Positions 1 to 14,029 of a DNA stretch of 64,000 bases are shown piece by piece. Source of the stretch: Eledone cirrhosa. Lineage: Eukaryota. The stretch covers positions 263,562,001-263,626,000 of the forward strand of contig OZ024740.1 in the NCBI GenBank assembly GCA_964016885.1, written 5' to 3'. The notes below the pieces were generated by a model, which had not been told where the DNA came from, made no database searches, and was given only the letters and a program-made list of their open reading frames with translations. How positions within the stretch are numbered: position 1 is the first letter of the stretch; every line of letters begins with the position of its first letter. A program made the position numbers and the translations under genes.

Positions 1-911
<911 letters not shown>

Positions 912-1218
912 TATAAATATACACTTATTTACATATATACACTCTTACATTCGTACATGCACATATTTATATGTGTGTTTGTGGCTGTGTATACTGATAA
1001 TTAATATATTCTATGTTGTATACAATATTATAGATATTGCTTTACAATGCGTTACATATACATTCATATAGGACCTCACTCATACATACAAAGACATATT
1101 CAGACAGATACGCTTATATATTCATAAGATTGGGTTGGTGTGTGAGTGTTAATGTGTGTTTATGTTTGACATAGATTTTTGATCTAACATAGTATAATAC
1201 TGTGAGTGGAGATGATTA

Positions 1219-1560
1219 TTTCTTCTTCTTCTTCTTCTTCTTCTTCTTCTTCTTCTTCTTCTTCTTCTTCTTCTTCTTCTTCTTCTTCTTCTTCTTCTTC
1301 TTCTTCTTCTTCTTCTTCTTCTTCTTCTTCTTCTTCTTCTTCTTCTTCTTCTTCTTCTCTGTCCACTTATTCCTGCGAGAATCTTGACAGCAGAGTTCTC
1401 AAATCTCCTAACGGCTCCTGTAAGAATTAACCGTTTCTAACTGATTCGGCTGGATCCCCAAGCGAGATCATATATTATCCAACCATATTGTTTCGGGTCT
1501 ACTCCTGGGTTTCCTCTTGTTGTTGTTGTCCGCAAAATCCGTCTAGCAATTCTTTCCTGG
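1219..1560 (-). mobile_element. 3' end of a 5'-truncated RTE-like LINE with a long (GAA)n tail
   Basis: Minus strand reads SQERIARRIL...RG.P...W (frameshifted RTE C-terminal pattern) and runs into (GAA)n, seen as (TTC)n at 1219-1357. Confidence 0.6.
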
Positions 1561-1944
1561 GACAGTTCAACCAGAATCAAAAGTATCGGAGCTGTGATTT
1601 CTCAATATTTGTGTGTATAATTTTGATATATTACAGGTTCGCCCAAGATTGCTATTTATGCAACACACCTCTGATCAAGTACATTCCAGTCTTATCCATT
1701 CAATATTAGAAACTTATCTTTGGCCATATTAACTTATATATTTTCTCTGTTATTTATTTATTTATTTAGGTATTATTTTACTTCTGTTTTATATAATTTA
1801 ATGGCCTATAATGATATGTATGTCTTACAAGGTGTTCATATAAGGATATATACTAATGTATACGTATATGTGGTGATGTGCATCCATGCGCATGAATGCT
1901 CATATATGTTCGTTTGTTTTATATATATTTAAATACACACACAC

Positions 1945-2022
<78 letters not shown>

Positions 2023-2029
<7 letters not shown>

Positions 2030-2652
2030 CTCTAAGGCCTTTCCTATTGAGTGGTTTGCTGCTCATTCCTAATTGAAGGTCGTTAGCCAAAGCTTCGATT
2101 TTACTAAGCTTCCACTTGTATGAAGGACTAATTTTATTCATATGTAACCCATTTGCAACCACGCAGAACGCCATTTTTTCATATATTTATATATTTTCCT
2201 CCGCCGTGACCCGTCTGTTTCTATTTTACTGCTCCCCCTTTCTCTGTATCTCTCACTTTCTTTTTACCCCCTCTGCCAGTCACTCTCTCTGTTAGCCACT
2301 TCCTCACACTTTCACTCACTCACTCTCTGCTACTCACTCTCCATCACTTCCTCCCGTTTGACCTGTGCGAAATCCTTTTCACGCTCATATTTCAACCAGG
2401 TCGGATGGTCTTTGTCTCTTGTCTACGATTTCACGGAACTTATGTTCATCGATTTCAGAGACTTGACTCCTTCTTCCTCACTTTTTGTTGTATTACCATC
2501 TTTGTTTGTTTACATGTCTCGTTCCCCCTATTTACCTGTCACAACGACTTTTCTAGCCGTTGCTCGCACCAACCAGAGGTATATGATCTTTAAAGCGATG
2601 AAATACCAATGAAGGCTGGAAGATCACTGATGAAGGACTAATTTTATTCATA
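2023..2652 (+). mobile_element. Non-autonomous PLE/pLTR-like cassette between (TA)n tracts, with a truncated HHR 5' half
   Basis: Direct repeat ATGAAGGACTAATTTTATTCATAT at about 2120 and 2630, the second preceded by CTG (CTGATGA core). Segment AGCCAAAGCTTCGATTTTACTAAGCTTCCAC is shared with 55503-55533. Confidence 0.5.
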
Positions 2653-3489
2653 TATATATATATATATATATATATAGGATCATCAGATCAGACCCCTGTC
2701 AGAAACGACTCCCTACTTCCGGTGACAGGACGCGAGAAAACTGAGAACAAAATCCCAGAACTAATCCTGAGGGAGTTAATCTGATCTATCGTTTGACAGT
2801 TCAGACCATCATGAATGATTATTATAGTCATCAATGTTGAGGATCACTTTTGGTAAAGGAAATTCACATGGAGAAATATATTTTAATTATCATGAAGAAA
2901 TATATTTTAATTCCATTAATGTCTAACGTTTAAAATACGTTGCATTTCAATATACATGGACCAAGATATGCAAAATAAGTATATTGTTGATTACTTAATC
3001 ATTCATTTATACTTGAAAATATTTTCTACTCTTTAGTTCAATGGCAAAATGTTTTGATATTGATCTTCAAACTAATTTGGCTTAAGAAGTCCTCTATATT
3101 TTACATATACAAGATAACAAATTTCACATGCCATTTAGTTGTTCTGTTGGAAATGTCTAGTCGAAACTATTCCTGGTACCACATTGTGTTTACGTAATTT
3201 TCACTGCCCTTTATTTAATGACACAATATATTTAGTGGTAAATCTTCAGCCGTTCGTTTTGTCATATCAATTAACATATTTAATGGGACACATGCATATA
3301 TTTGCTTGATCTATAGTGATAACGTAACATAATACATTTATGAAATGATATGCATAAACCATTGGTGTCGCTGGTTACGTACCACCTGATAAAGTCATGG
3401 GATCATTTTATGTCATACGACGTTTCTAGGCCATTTTTGAAAACCAAGCTGAGCTCATTTACTTTCCGGGTCCGAATACACCAGATTTA

Positions 3490-4200
3490 GATCGACCCCC
3501 CCCCCCCCCCAGTACGTGACTTGTACATTTTTTATCGAACTCGAATGGATGAAAGGCAAATTTGACCTCGGCGCAATTTGAATTCGGATAACAAAGAAAC
3601 AAAACGAATACAGGAAAGCATTCTATCCGGTGACATATTCAAATTTCGAACTTATTTTCGTCATAAGGGCTATGAATGTGTTGCCTATGCAATGTAAACT
3701 ACAGTTGCATCTCTCAGTAGTATATAGCATTCAATAACTGCATCAACACAAATAACATCACATAACCCTATATAGGCTGTGACAACTGCACAACTGTAGC
3801 AGATTCAAAGTAGAGAGAGATTTTGAGGTTGCACCATTTGAAAGTTATGAAATAAAATATTTGTTGAATTAACCAATTAATATTATAGCAACAATAGCCA
3901 CAACAATAGTCATCTTTTCTACATTTGGATTAAGGTTAGCAACTTCAAAGTTAGATGAAATACGATAAAATTGCCCCCAGCGCATTACTGGTTCATTATA
4001 TTATTGACCCCGTATGGATGAAAAGTAAGGCTGGCCTTCATGAGATGTGAACAGATAATAACAATAATAATAGTTTTGAGTTCAAATCCCACCGAGGTTA
4101 GCTTTGCCTTTCCTCCTTACGGTGTCAATAAGTATCGACTTTCTCCTTCGCCCAGTTTGTTGGCTCTGTGCCTAAATCAGAAACCATAATGACAATTAAT
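3490..4200. mobile_element. Three degenerate copies of the abundant tRNA-derived SINE (two minus, one plus)
   Basis: Similarity to the GCCTTTCATCC...GTCGATAAAAT...GTACCAG core of the copies at 36469-38108. Confidence 0.7.
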
Positions 4201-4266
4201 AATCTTCATTTCATATACACACACTCACACACACACATATATATATATATATTGTTATATATATAT

Positions 4267-4545
4267 ATTGTTATACTTTAAGAGGGTCATGTTGCCAATA
4301 AGAAACACACGCACCAGATGCTTTCACTTCAATTTATTATAATAAATTTATAAATTTAGGAATTTATAAATTTCCGGTTGGTTGGTTGGTTCCACAACCA
4401 GATGATTGTTTATATATTGTCAAAGTTCTTTCGTCACACATTCTGTGACCTCTTCAGTGACTGGGGATTCTTTTCTTTGTTTTCGTGCCTCTCCTTTGTT
4501 CTGTCCTACGCCATCTTGTATTTGTGTGTGTTGTGTGCTTAGTTT
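4267..4545 (-). mobile_element. HHR-bearing short element, family A
   Basis: Near reverse complement of 46050-46300; abuts (TA)n. Confidence 0.8.
4419..4461 (-). ncRNA. Type I hammerhead ribozyme (family A)
   Basis: Reverse complement: GTCA CTGAAGA g GTCACA gaatg TGTGAC GAAA G aa C TT TGAC. Confidence 0.75.
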
Positions 4546-5008
4546 GCACATGTGTTCCTAAGTTTTTGTCATTATAAAGGAGCTGATAACTGGTTTGTTA
4601 GTTCAATGACCAAATAAATTCAATCCACAAACACGTGACACAGTAGACTCATGAATGACCAGCGAAACAGAAGATCAAGAAACATCTCATCCATTATCTT
4701 ACAGTTACTTTTTAAGATAGTGTTGAGGATTTGTGTAGCACGTCTATCAGTTGACATTAGACCCTATCATTCGTCTGGTTGACCTACTAATTTCAGACAC
4801 AATGAATTGTGAATTTTCTGCTATATGATAGTTTTCATGCACCGCACGGGGAACTGCCCTATTTTTCGACCCGACCCACGTTATTTCATCTGATTTTTGC
4901 AAATATCTACGATAATCCACAGTTACTTCACAAAAGTTGTGGGAGGAACGTTAAGTTCCCAGTCTCTGACTATTTATCTATCTATTGACCTAACTATCTT
5001 ACTGTCTG

Positions 5009-5374
<366 letters not shown>

Positions 5375-5375
<1 letters not shown>

Positions 5376-5553
5376 ATATATAAGATCAAAAGATGGTTAA
5401 AGGAGTTCCATGTATTTTATTATGCGCATTTCAAAAACAAACATCATCATGCAATAATATAACACAAATATTATTGCATGATGATGTTTGTTTTTGAAAT
5501 GCGCATAATAAAATACATGGAACTCCTTTAACCATCTTTTGATCTTATATATT
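5375..5553. repeat. Perfect inverted repeat, arms about 85 bp, 7-nt spacer
   Basis: TATATAAGATCAAAAGATGG...GCAATAATAT aacacaa ATATTATTGC...CCATCTTTTGATCTTATATA. Confidence 0.95.
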
Positions 5554-5647
5554 ATGTATACTCCAGTCCTACAAACTGTAGAGTGCTTCTTATCCGATAT
5601 CTGCATTGCTTTATTGTACTACAATAAAACTCACCTCCTACATTATG

Positions 5648-5717
<70 letters not shown>

Positions 5718-5867
5718 TGTGTTTCTGTGTGTGTGTATATATTTATATATATATATGTGTGTGTGTGTATATATATATTTATATATAATGTGTGTATATA
5801 TATACATATTATGTATTTAAATATATATATATATATATATATACATGTGTATGTGTGTGTGTATGTA

Positions 5868-6403
5868 TCTATATATATAAAGTTGTAGTTTCTATCTGTC
5901 TCTGTTTGTTTGTTTGTTCATGAACTCCTCCTATGGTTTTGCAGATAGACCCCCCCACCCACCCCACCCCCATAACCATATATATTCCGAAACTACATTG
6001 CCCACGTTACTTGGATAAGTATATATCATTTTAATCAAAGGGTTCCCCGGGGACACAAACCCCCGCTGAAAATCCCGCGAGAAAATGTTTCCCCTTCGGT
6101 TTATATGAAAATTAAACCATAGGTAAATGACAAGATATGGTGCCTATTCACAAAAGTTTTGAATTGATATTTTGAAATAAATTATTTACAAGAAACAAAA
6201 TAAGAATAAGATTTAATAATGTAATTTTGATTTGATATATTACGAAAAATAATGTTTTCCAATTTATCATGCATTACATTTTACATTGAATAATATTGAA
6301 ATGCTGAGTTTTTCGTCATAAATGATATCACTGATTTAAATTTAGTCATCAATTTCTTACAAAAAAATGTGTGAAACGCAGCAAGCCGCGGGTAATTCGG
6401 CTA

Positions 6404-6404
<1 letters not shown>
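5868..6404 (+). mobile_element. Non-autonomous Helitron
   Basis: 5' TC followed by a short (GTTT/GTCT)n tract; 3' hairpin CGCAGC-AA-GCCGCG about 10 nt before terminal CTAG; inserted between A and T. Confidence 0.7.
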
Positions 6405-6461
<57 letters not shown>

Positions 6462-6474
6462 TTAATATAGATGA

Positions 6475-6523
6475 GATTCTACAGGACTAGAACTGTTTCA
6501 TTCTTTAGAAATCATCAGGAATC
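6475..6523 (-). ncRNA. Type I hammerhead ribozyme (family B)
   Basis: Reverse complement: GATTC CTGATGA tTTC taaa GAAt GAA ACAG ttctagtc CTGT A GAATC. Intact core, GUA cleavage triplet. Confidence 0.85.
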
Positions 6524-6525
6524 AC

Positions 6526-6559
<34 letters not shown>

Positions 6560-6767
6560 ACATATGATTATATATATATAACCATATATGTATGTATATA
6601 TACCTATATGTATAAATATATACAAATAGTGAGGTCGCCTCTCCTAGTAATATAAGTGACCGGACTGTTTACATTTGGCGCGATGAATCTCCCGGAGATC
6701 TGAGTTAAGTCTGCATTGGACACCTTTATATATTTATATATACATAGCTATATATATATATATATAT

Positions 6768-6804
<37 letters not shown>

Positions 6805-7360
6805 CATATATATATATATATATATATAAACACATACACATATAGTACGTGTGTAAATTTGACATTCTACTTAGCACCTCTCGTATTATATTTGTATTTC
6901 TAATTAATATAGACATATAGCAACAACATGGAACATATGAGGTTATCGTTTTCCCTTACCATTAGTAAAATTAATAACTTTATTACATTACATCATAGGC
7001 TTCACAGTGATCAAAAATATTTCCCTTTAAAAATACCATTTCTGATAATCGGCTTAAACAATTTCCAAAGCAACAATGTTTTCCTCTATAAAATGCAAAT
7101 ATTTCTGAAAATATTACTATGTAATTCTGAAAATATTATTTTCATTAAAAAGCATGAGTGACACGAATCCTTATATCCGCCGATTCCATTCAGAATCTGA
7201 AATACCTGACGTAAATGTGACACAAAGAAAGTTATCTAGTTAGTTTGAGAGAAAGAGGCAGGGAAATTGAGAGAGGTAGAATGAGAGAGAGAAAGACATA
7301 CAATTAAAACAGATAGATTTTCATACAGAGAGTTTGGCAGACACACACATACTCGCATAT

Positions 7361-7459
7361 AACATCACTTTTTAACATTTATTTTTATATGTTATAAAGA
7401 TACTTTTCATATATATACCAGGTGCGCTTTTCAGAATCTTTTTTGTCATTTTCCACATA

Positions 7460-7496
<37 letters not shown>

Positions 7497-7732
7497 TATA
7501 GATAGATAGATATATAGATATATATATAATATATATATATATATCCCTTTAAAATATTGTTTTTCGTGCGGTTATTTGTCATTTTCTTTGTTTATTTTCG
7601 TACATTTATATAGAGGACCGAATTAAATTAACCGATATAAAGCACACAGAAGCGAAATCCAACCAAACAGTGAGTGTGTTCTGTTATTAATTCTGGCAAT
7701 ATTATTACACAAATATGATCCTCCCTAAGTAT

Positions 7733-7791
<59 letters not shown>

Positions 7792-7795
7792 TATA

Positions 7796-7836
<41 letters not shown>

Positions 7837-7983
7837 AGTGTGAAATGTATGGACATTAGATAACGTTCTATAAATATTACCTTTTATAAGGAAAATGACA
7901 AAAAAGATTCTGAAATGCGCACCTGGTATATATACGAAAAGTATCTTTATAAGATACAAGAATTAATGTTAAAAAATGATGTT
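7361..7983. repeat. Inverted repeat, arms about 95 bp (7361-7454 and 7890-7983), with a microsatellite-rich spacer
   Basis: ATACCAGGTGCGCTTTTCAGAATCTTTTTTGTCATTTTCC versus GGAAAATGACAAAAAAGATTCTGAAATGCGCACCTGGTAT. Confidence 0.85.
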
Positions 7984-8711
7984 AGCAAAGCCTGCTTTCT
8001 CCATTTTGGACCATAAAAACATGTGTTATTAGGTCAATTCTTTTTTTCTATAAAACTCCTGCATGCTGATTCTCGACCACATTCGCTTGCGGTGTGTGTT
8101 TGTTCACCCGTCCCAATGCAGATAATCATAATCATAATTATATTTGAAAAAAAATACAGTTAAGGGCACATGGATCCAGAATATTGCAGACAGTGGTGTT
8201 TGTAATGAATCAAACCCTCCGTCTTTGGGATATCGGACATATGTGTTAACCACAACGGGTAAAGTGCCGTTCACAATTAATTCTTTCTTTTTAGGTTTTA
8301 TTTTTGTATTTTATTATGTAAACAAAACGGTTTTTTTCAGAAGTATTGTGGACATTTCTAATTTTAAATGTTTACGTTGCATCACAAATGACGCTTACAA
8401 TAGCTGATCTCAATAAATAATTGTGGGAAGATAATGTAACGTACCCCAGGGATGGGGGGTCCAGCGAGAAATCGAACCCGCAACATATGGATGTCCGGGG
8501 AATGACTTAACCATTAATCTAAAGACTCACTGACCAAAAATTCCATCTCCAGTTTGCTGTACTATTATTTAGATTGATCGACTATTATTATAGTCACTTG
8601 CGTTGGGATGCAGGTATTTAAAACTGCATTAGTGCGAGTGCAAAATATCAACTCGACCAAAATGTAACCCTCATGTTTTTAATAAATTTAATACTGTTAC
8701 CAATATATATA

Positions 8712-8847
8712 TATGTCTGTATTTATCTCAACCAAAGGCTTGCCTGATGACGACAGCTATTTTGGCCGAACTGATTAACAGGTGTACTTGTGGCCAAAAT
8801 AGCTGACGTCTTCAGGCAAGCCTTTGGTTGAGCCAAATACAGACATA
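8712..8847. mobile_element. Palindromic MITE-like element; a second diverged, inverted core lies at 9052-9113
   Basis: Arms of about 55 bp (ATGTCTGTATTT...GGCC / GGCC...AAATACAGACAT) with TA flanks. Confidence 0.65.
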
Positions 8848-9247
8848 CCTACACACCCACATACATAGATAAAGATAATTCAATATATTTGTCAGGAAAA
8901 AAGCTGAATAAAGACAGACGATGCGAAAACGTACATATGAATATATGTACACACACACCCGAAAACTGACCACTCACCGAAACAAAAATCAGACACATTC
9001 TTAAATACATTTATGTATACAGTGTATGCCCATATTTGGACATTACCACCCCCAGATGACATCAGCTCTTTTGTCCGCCAGAACACCGGTTAATCAGTTC
9101 GGAAATAGATGTCTGGGTCCCGAATCCTTTATATAACCACACTCTAATACCCCATGTATCGAGTACTCTGGTATGTAATGGTGTAACAGGTTATTTCTGC
9201 ATATTTTCTGATTTATATATATTTATATACATATATATATATTTATT

Positions 9248-9816
9248 GAAATTTCGTAATTCAAAAGAAATACGGTACGCTTATAAATAAACATTTAGAA
9301 AGCCGTAGCTATGCAAAAACACCGGCGGCTAATGCCACCTGGCGGTTTCCTGCAGAAGCAAGGGGGACAATCGTCGATGCATTTAGAACTGAACAGGTTA
9401 TCATCGGGACGATCCCTCCCGCTCTTGCAACTGCTGGACTTGAAAACAGGCGAGAATATACAGTTTTTTCGTCTGTCTAAATGAGATAATTAATCTCATT
9501 TGCATATGAAGCTGTATTAGTTGGCTCAACTTATAATAGAATATAATTATAATTTAGCTTCTAGCATAGCTGTACACAGATATGTATTGGGATTTCGTAT
9601 TTCAAAAGAAAACTATATATTCTCGCATGTTTTCAATTCCAGCAGTTGCAAGAGCGGGAGGGGTCGCCCTGATGAGAATCAGTTCAGTTCAAAATACATC
9701 GACGATTTTTACCCTTGCTTCCACTGGATACCACCGGGTGGCGAAAGCCACCGGTGTTTTTTGCATAGCTATGTTTATTTATAAACATACCGTATTGCTT
9801 TAGAAATACGAAATTC
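9248..9816. mobile_element. Fold-back pLTR-like element, arms about 220 bp, each with a decayed HHR (family C; 9370-9413 minus, 9663-9706 plus)
   Basis: Arm consensus ATCGTC CTGATGA GAAC..GTTC (G)AAA TGCA TC GACGAT; the G of GAAA is mutated in both arms. Confidence 0.75.
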
Positions 9817-10316
9817 TGTGTATACAGCTAAATTCTAATTTTATTCTCTCTCTCTCTATATATATATATATATAACCCTTCATAATTCTTCTACTTTGAC
9901 CGCTAGCCACGTGATGTTTTTCACCCCTTTTGAATTTGTTACTGACGGCGATCACTTTAGAAACTTTAGTCCTAACTGAGGGAGTCTCTTGGATAATACT
10001 ACGCTTAGGCATATCCACAATGTACGAGCGAAACTATCGATAGTCGGGACTAGAACAATTTTTGGTAACGTTTAGCTATATTTTTTTCTTCAAACTTACA
10101 TTTTAGACTTAACTCTGTTTAATTGATTATTTGTCTAGTTAATTTCTAAGGACTAACAGGTAAATTTTATCTGTCTGTTCCTCTGTAACATATATCTGTT
10201 ATTTCTTCAAAGTTACATTTTAAAATTAGCTCCGTTTAAATGATTATTTGGTTGATTTCTACGGACTAAGGAGGAAAGGAATTGGATAGATTTTCTCTGA
10301 CTGTTCTTCAAACTTA

Positions 10317-10374
<58 letters not shown>

Positions 10375-11589
10375 GATTACAGATAAGCAAGCAATAAGCT
10401 GCAGCCCACCGCACTTGACATGGATGTCAGATTTACGGTGTAGAATGGTAAACCGCAAATTAAAACACATCCCATTAGAAAAAATTGTTTAATGGCAAAT
10501 GCGTTCATTGTGCTACGGTCATTTCAGTAACAGTACGGCTCATAGTTGATTATTTCATGAGAATATAGGACATAGCTAAATGTTCAACAGTTTCGGTTAG
10601 ACTCAATTATTGCTCATATCTTCCCACAATTAAACCGAAAGAAATATAAAGTCAATTTATGAGCAGGACAGTTTATGTAATGGTCATAACAATATAAATG
10701 TTACAGTAAACATTTTTTCCCTATCCTCTTAGAAAATTGCTTGTGGAGCTGAGAAATTCTTTCAGGTATATATTTCATAAAATCAGTTTTGAATACAGCT
10801 AATATTTCGGAAATATTCAGAAATTGCTGTAGAACTTAGAAGATTTAGATGTATGTTATAAAATTAACTACCAATTCTTATGTAAACGCATTTTCTGAAG
10901 AGAAATCGAAACACTTATCACTCTGAGGCATAATGACATGAGGTGTTTCTAGTATAATGTATCAAGGTGGGGTTGTATTTCACTCCAGTTTTATCAATCA
11001 TTTATATAATTGATCCATTATTCAACTGTTTAATTGGCTTCACAAAGTTAATTCGTCACACTCTGTGACTAGATTGTATTGTTCTTGAATTCCTCGTTAT
11101 CAGAAAATATTTCTTGAAGTTCTGATTGACGAGTGAGCTGTGATGAAAACGATTCACTTGATAAATTAATAAAACATGTTATTCATTAATTTAAACAAAG
11201 TGAAAATATAAGAAGGGCTTATATTATTGCTGGACAGTATGACTCGCTCATAGGTCATCGACTTCAACACAGAATTTAACGACTCTTGGAAACCAAACCT
11301 ACAAAAATACGAAAACATGATATCTATCTATCTATCTATATATCTATCTATCTATTTATCTATCTAACAGTCCATCTATCTCTCTTTATATAAATATCGG
11401 TTTAAATACAGTGAGTACAAGCACACGTACAAATACACAGATACATGCAAATAGACATTCATACATACATACACATGCTCACAGAAAATGGAAATTCTGC
11501 TCTCTGGCTTGAATTCCTGGAAAGAAACAAATAATTTACTCTCAAAGCGTTCTATGAAAGCGAAGACTACATTAGCTTAACTGGTACTC

Positions 11590-11905
11590 CGTCGGTTGCG
11601 AAGACGATTGTTCAAATTGTTACATCAATGAAATAGCCTGCTAGGGAAAGGAACGTGCAAATGGCTGAGAATTCCTCAGTCACATGTACTCTTAACTCAT
11701 TTATCAGGGAGATTGACCGTGTTACAGTATATGACAAGCTTGATCTTTCGAATTACAGGTACAACTTATTTTTGCTAACTGAGTGGACTGGAGCAACGTA
11801 AAATACAGTGGCCTGGCCTAGGACACAATGCACCGTTGGGAATCGAGCAGCCAACCTTACGAACGGGAACCGAAAACACTAACCATTTAGTCAAGCACCT
11901 TCACA
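11590..11905 (-). mobile_element. Second tRNA-derived SINE family
   Basis: Reverse complement has an A/B-box-like head (GGTTAGTG...TCGATTCC) and a CCAGTCCACTCAG core shared with 59690-59960. Confidence 0.7.
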
Positions 11906-12431
11906 CATTCACATATTATATTACTATATACTAATATATGGAGACGTTGGCCACGGCTGGGATGCGGTTGATCACGTATGTTTGGTAAATGTTCATTTGA
12001 TGCTATACAACCTCAAATACATTCACATATGCACTCATAAACACCAATACACACATACATACTTGGATTATCCCTTCCTTCCTCTTGGACTTCCTCTCGC
12101 ACACAAATGCACACAGGAACACAGTGTACTACTCACAAAAATACTTGAATATCAAAACACACAAAAGCATACACATACACACACACACACACTCTCGCGC
12201 ATAAACACAGTAATAGACACACATTCACAGACAATGTCAGCATAGCACACACACCTATACGCACATATGCGATTGTACGTAGTCAAACGTGCAAGAACTC
12301 GGGGACATATAGACACACATACACATACAAATGCACACACAAACTACATACATATACACGCACACATTTGAACTTAGTGAGACACAGATACACGGTAAGC
12401 GCCCCCTCCACAGAAGTGCAAACACACAGAT

Positions 12432-12472
<41 letters not shown>

Positions 12473-14029
12473 GGCACACTAACCATATTGGCACACACGT
12501 ACACTCATTAACATACAGATAAAAACGCATACATATAAACACAGTAACAGACACACATACATGAACACCAAAGCCCACAAAGACATATATATATAACCTA
12601 TGCAACATAGACTCCCATATACATGGATTTGAACATAGTGATTGGCACACACACAGACATATACAAACAGGCACACAAACACACACAGATACACACAATC
12701 ATATACATACACACGCACGTTCATCAATACAATGACAGCTACACATACACGTTCACAACCACACACACACACAAACAAACACATACGCACACACAATCAT
12801 ACACACACACGCGCATGCAGATCAATGCAGTGGCAGCTACACATACAAGTACACAACCACACACAAACGCAGAAATGTCTAAGCATAATCTCAGAATCAG
12901 ATACACAGACATACATATCTACTTAACTCTATTATGCGTTAAACTATTAGACCAGTGGCGGCGATTTGGCAGAGATGTGAAAACATCGGACAGAATGTTT
13001 TACGACAGCCATGTCAAACTAAAAAGCAACATGGACAACAAATTCTGTTGCTCATTTACTTTTTAGTTCGTTATTGGTCGGTGGATTGGTTGAACGGTTA
13101 CATCTTTGGGAAAAATACCTTGTGGAAATTAAGTTACGGTATTTATGTTCTGCGTTCAAATACAGCGAAGCACAACTTTACCTTTTATTTTACCCCCAAG
13201 TCGGTATAATTAAGTACCTGGCAAGTACTAACTTTCATCTAACCCCAAAATTGCTGACATTATCGCTAAATTAGAAACCGTTTTTAAATGTTAAATGATT
13301 CATTAGTAAAATAAATACAGTGCCCATGACCCGTCTCAACTCCCCAGAGAAATGTAAAAGATAGTTATATGCCTGCAATAAAATGAATTCTGTTAAAGTC
13401 TCCCCAAAAACGAAATGGCTATGTTAAGGTGGGTGACAGATGGATTCTGCCATTTCAAAAAAAAGAAGCTGCTTCAACCAATTACCACTCATGAGATTCT
13501 GGCTGAGTTAAGCAGGGCTGAATAAACCATTAAGTAAATTCACCAGATATTTAGGGCATCAAGGGACTAGGGTGCTATTTTATTCGAATTAAATTTATTA
13601 GTTACTCGCAGAACTATTGCTGATAATATATGGTTCTTGGTGGTGAGGGGGTACCAAAACATTTAAGTGCTGTGGACTTCGAATAACTTAGTGCGGCTCT
13701 GGACGTAAAAATATGATAGAAAGCACTAACCTCAGGTGTTACAATGGGAACTTCTTATCTCCACTTCTATGTACACTTACACACACATTCACACATATAT
13801 ATGTTTACATGGATTTATATTATTTCACTCTTTTACCTGATCCAGCCATATATATATATTATTGATTAAAATAATAATTAACTCCAATCCCGCACCACGA
13901 ACAGGATTCAACATCAAAGATGGATGATTTGCGTGACGTCGAGTTCTTTTCATATTATTATATCATGGTTACCTATACAAAATGACCAGTTCTATTGAGA
14001 GGTGAACAAGCAGCCTTCAATATATATAT

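Noticed and set aside
8742-8780. CTGATGA...CCGAAC as a hammerhead
   Set aside because: No GAAA, stem III or stem I closure; better explained as a palindromic MITE arm.
10400-11300. Unique-looking sequence as a host exon (also 62600-63200)
   Set aside because: No sustained frame or recognisable motif found.
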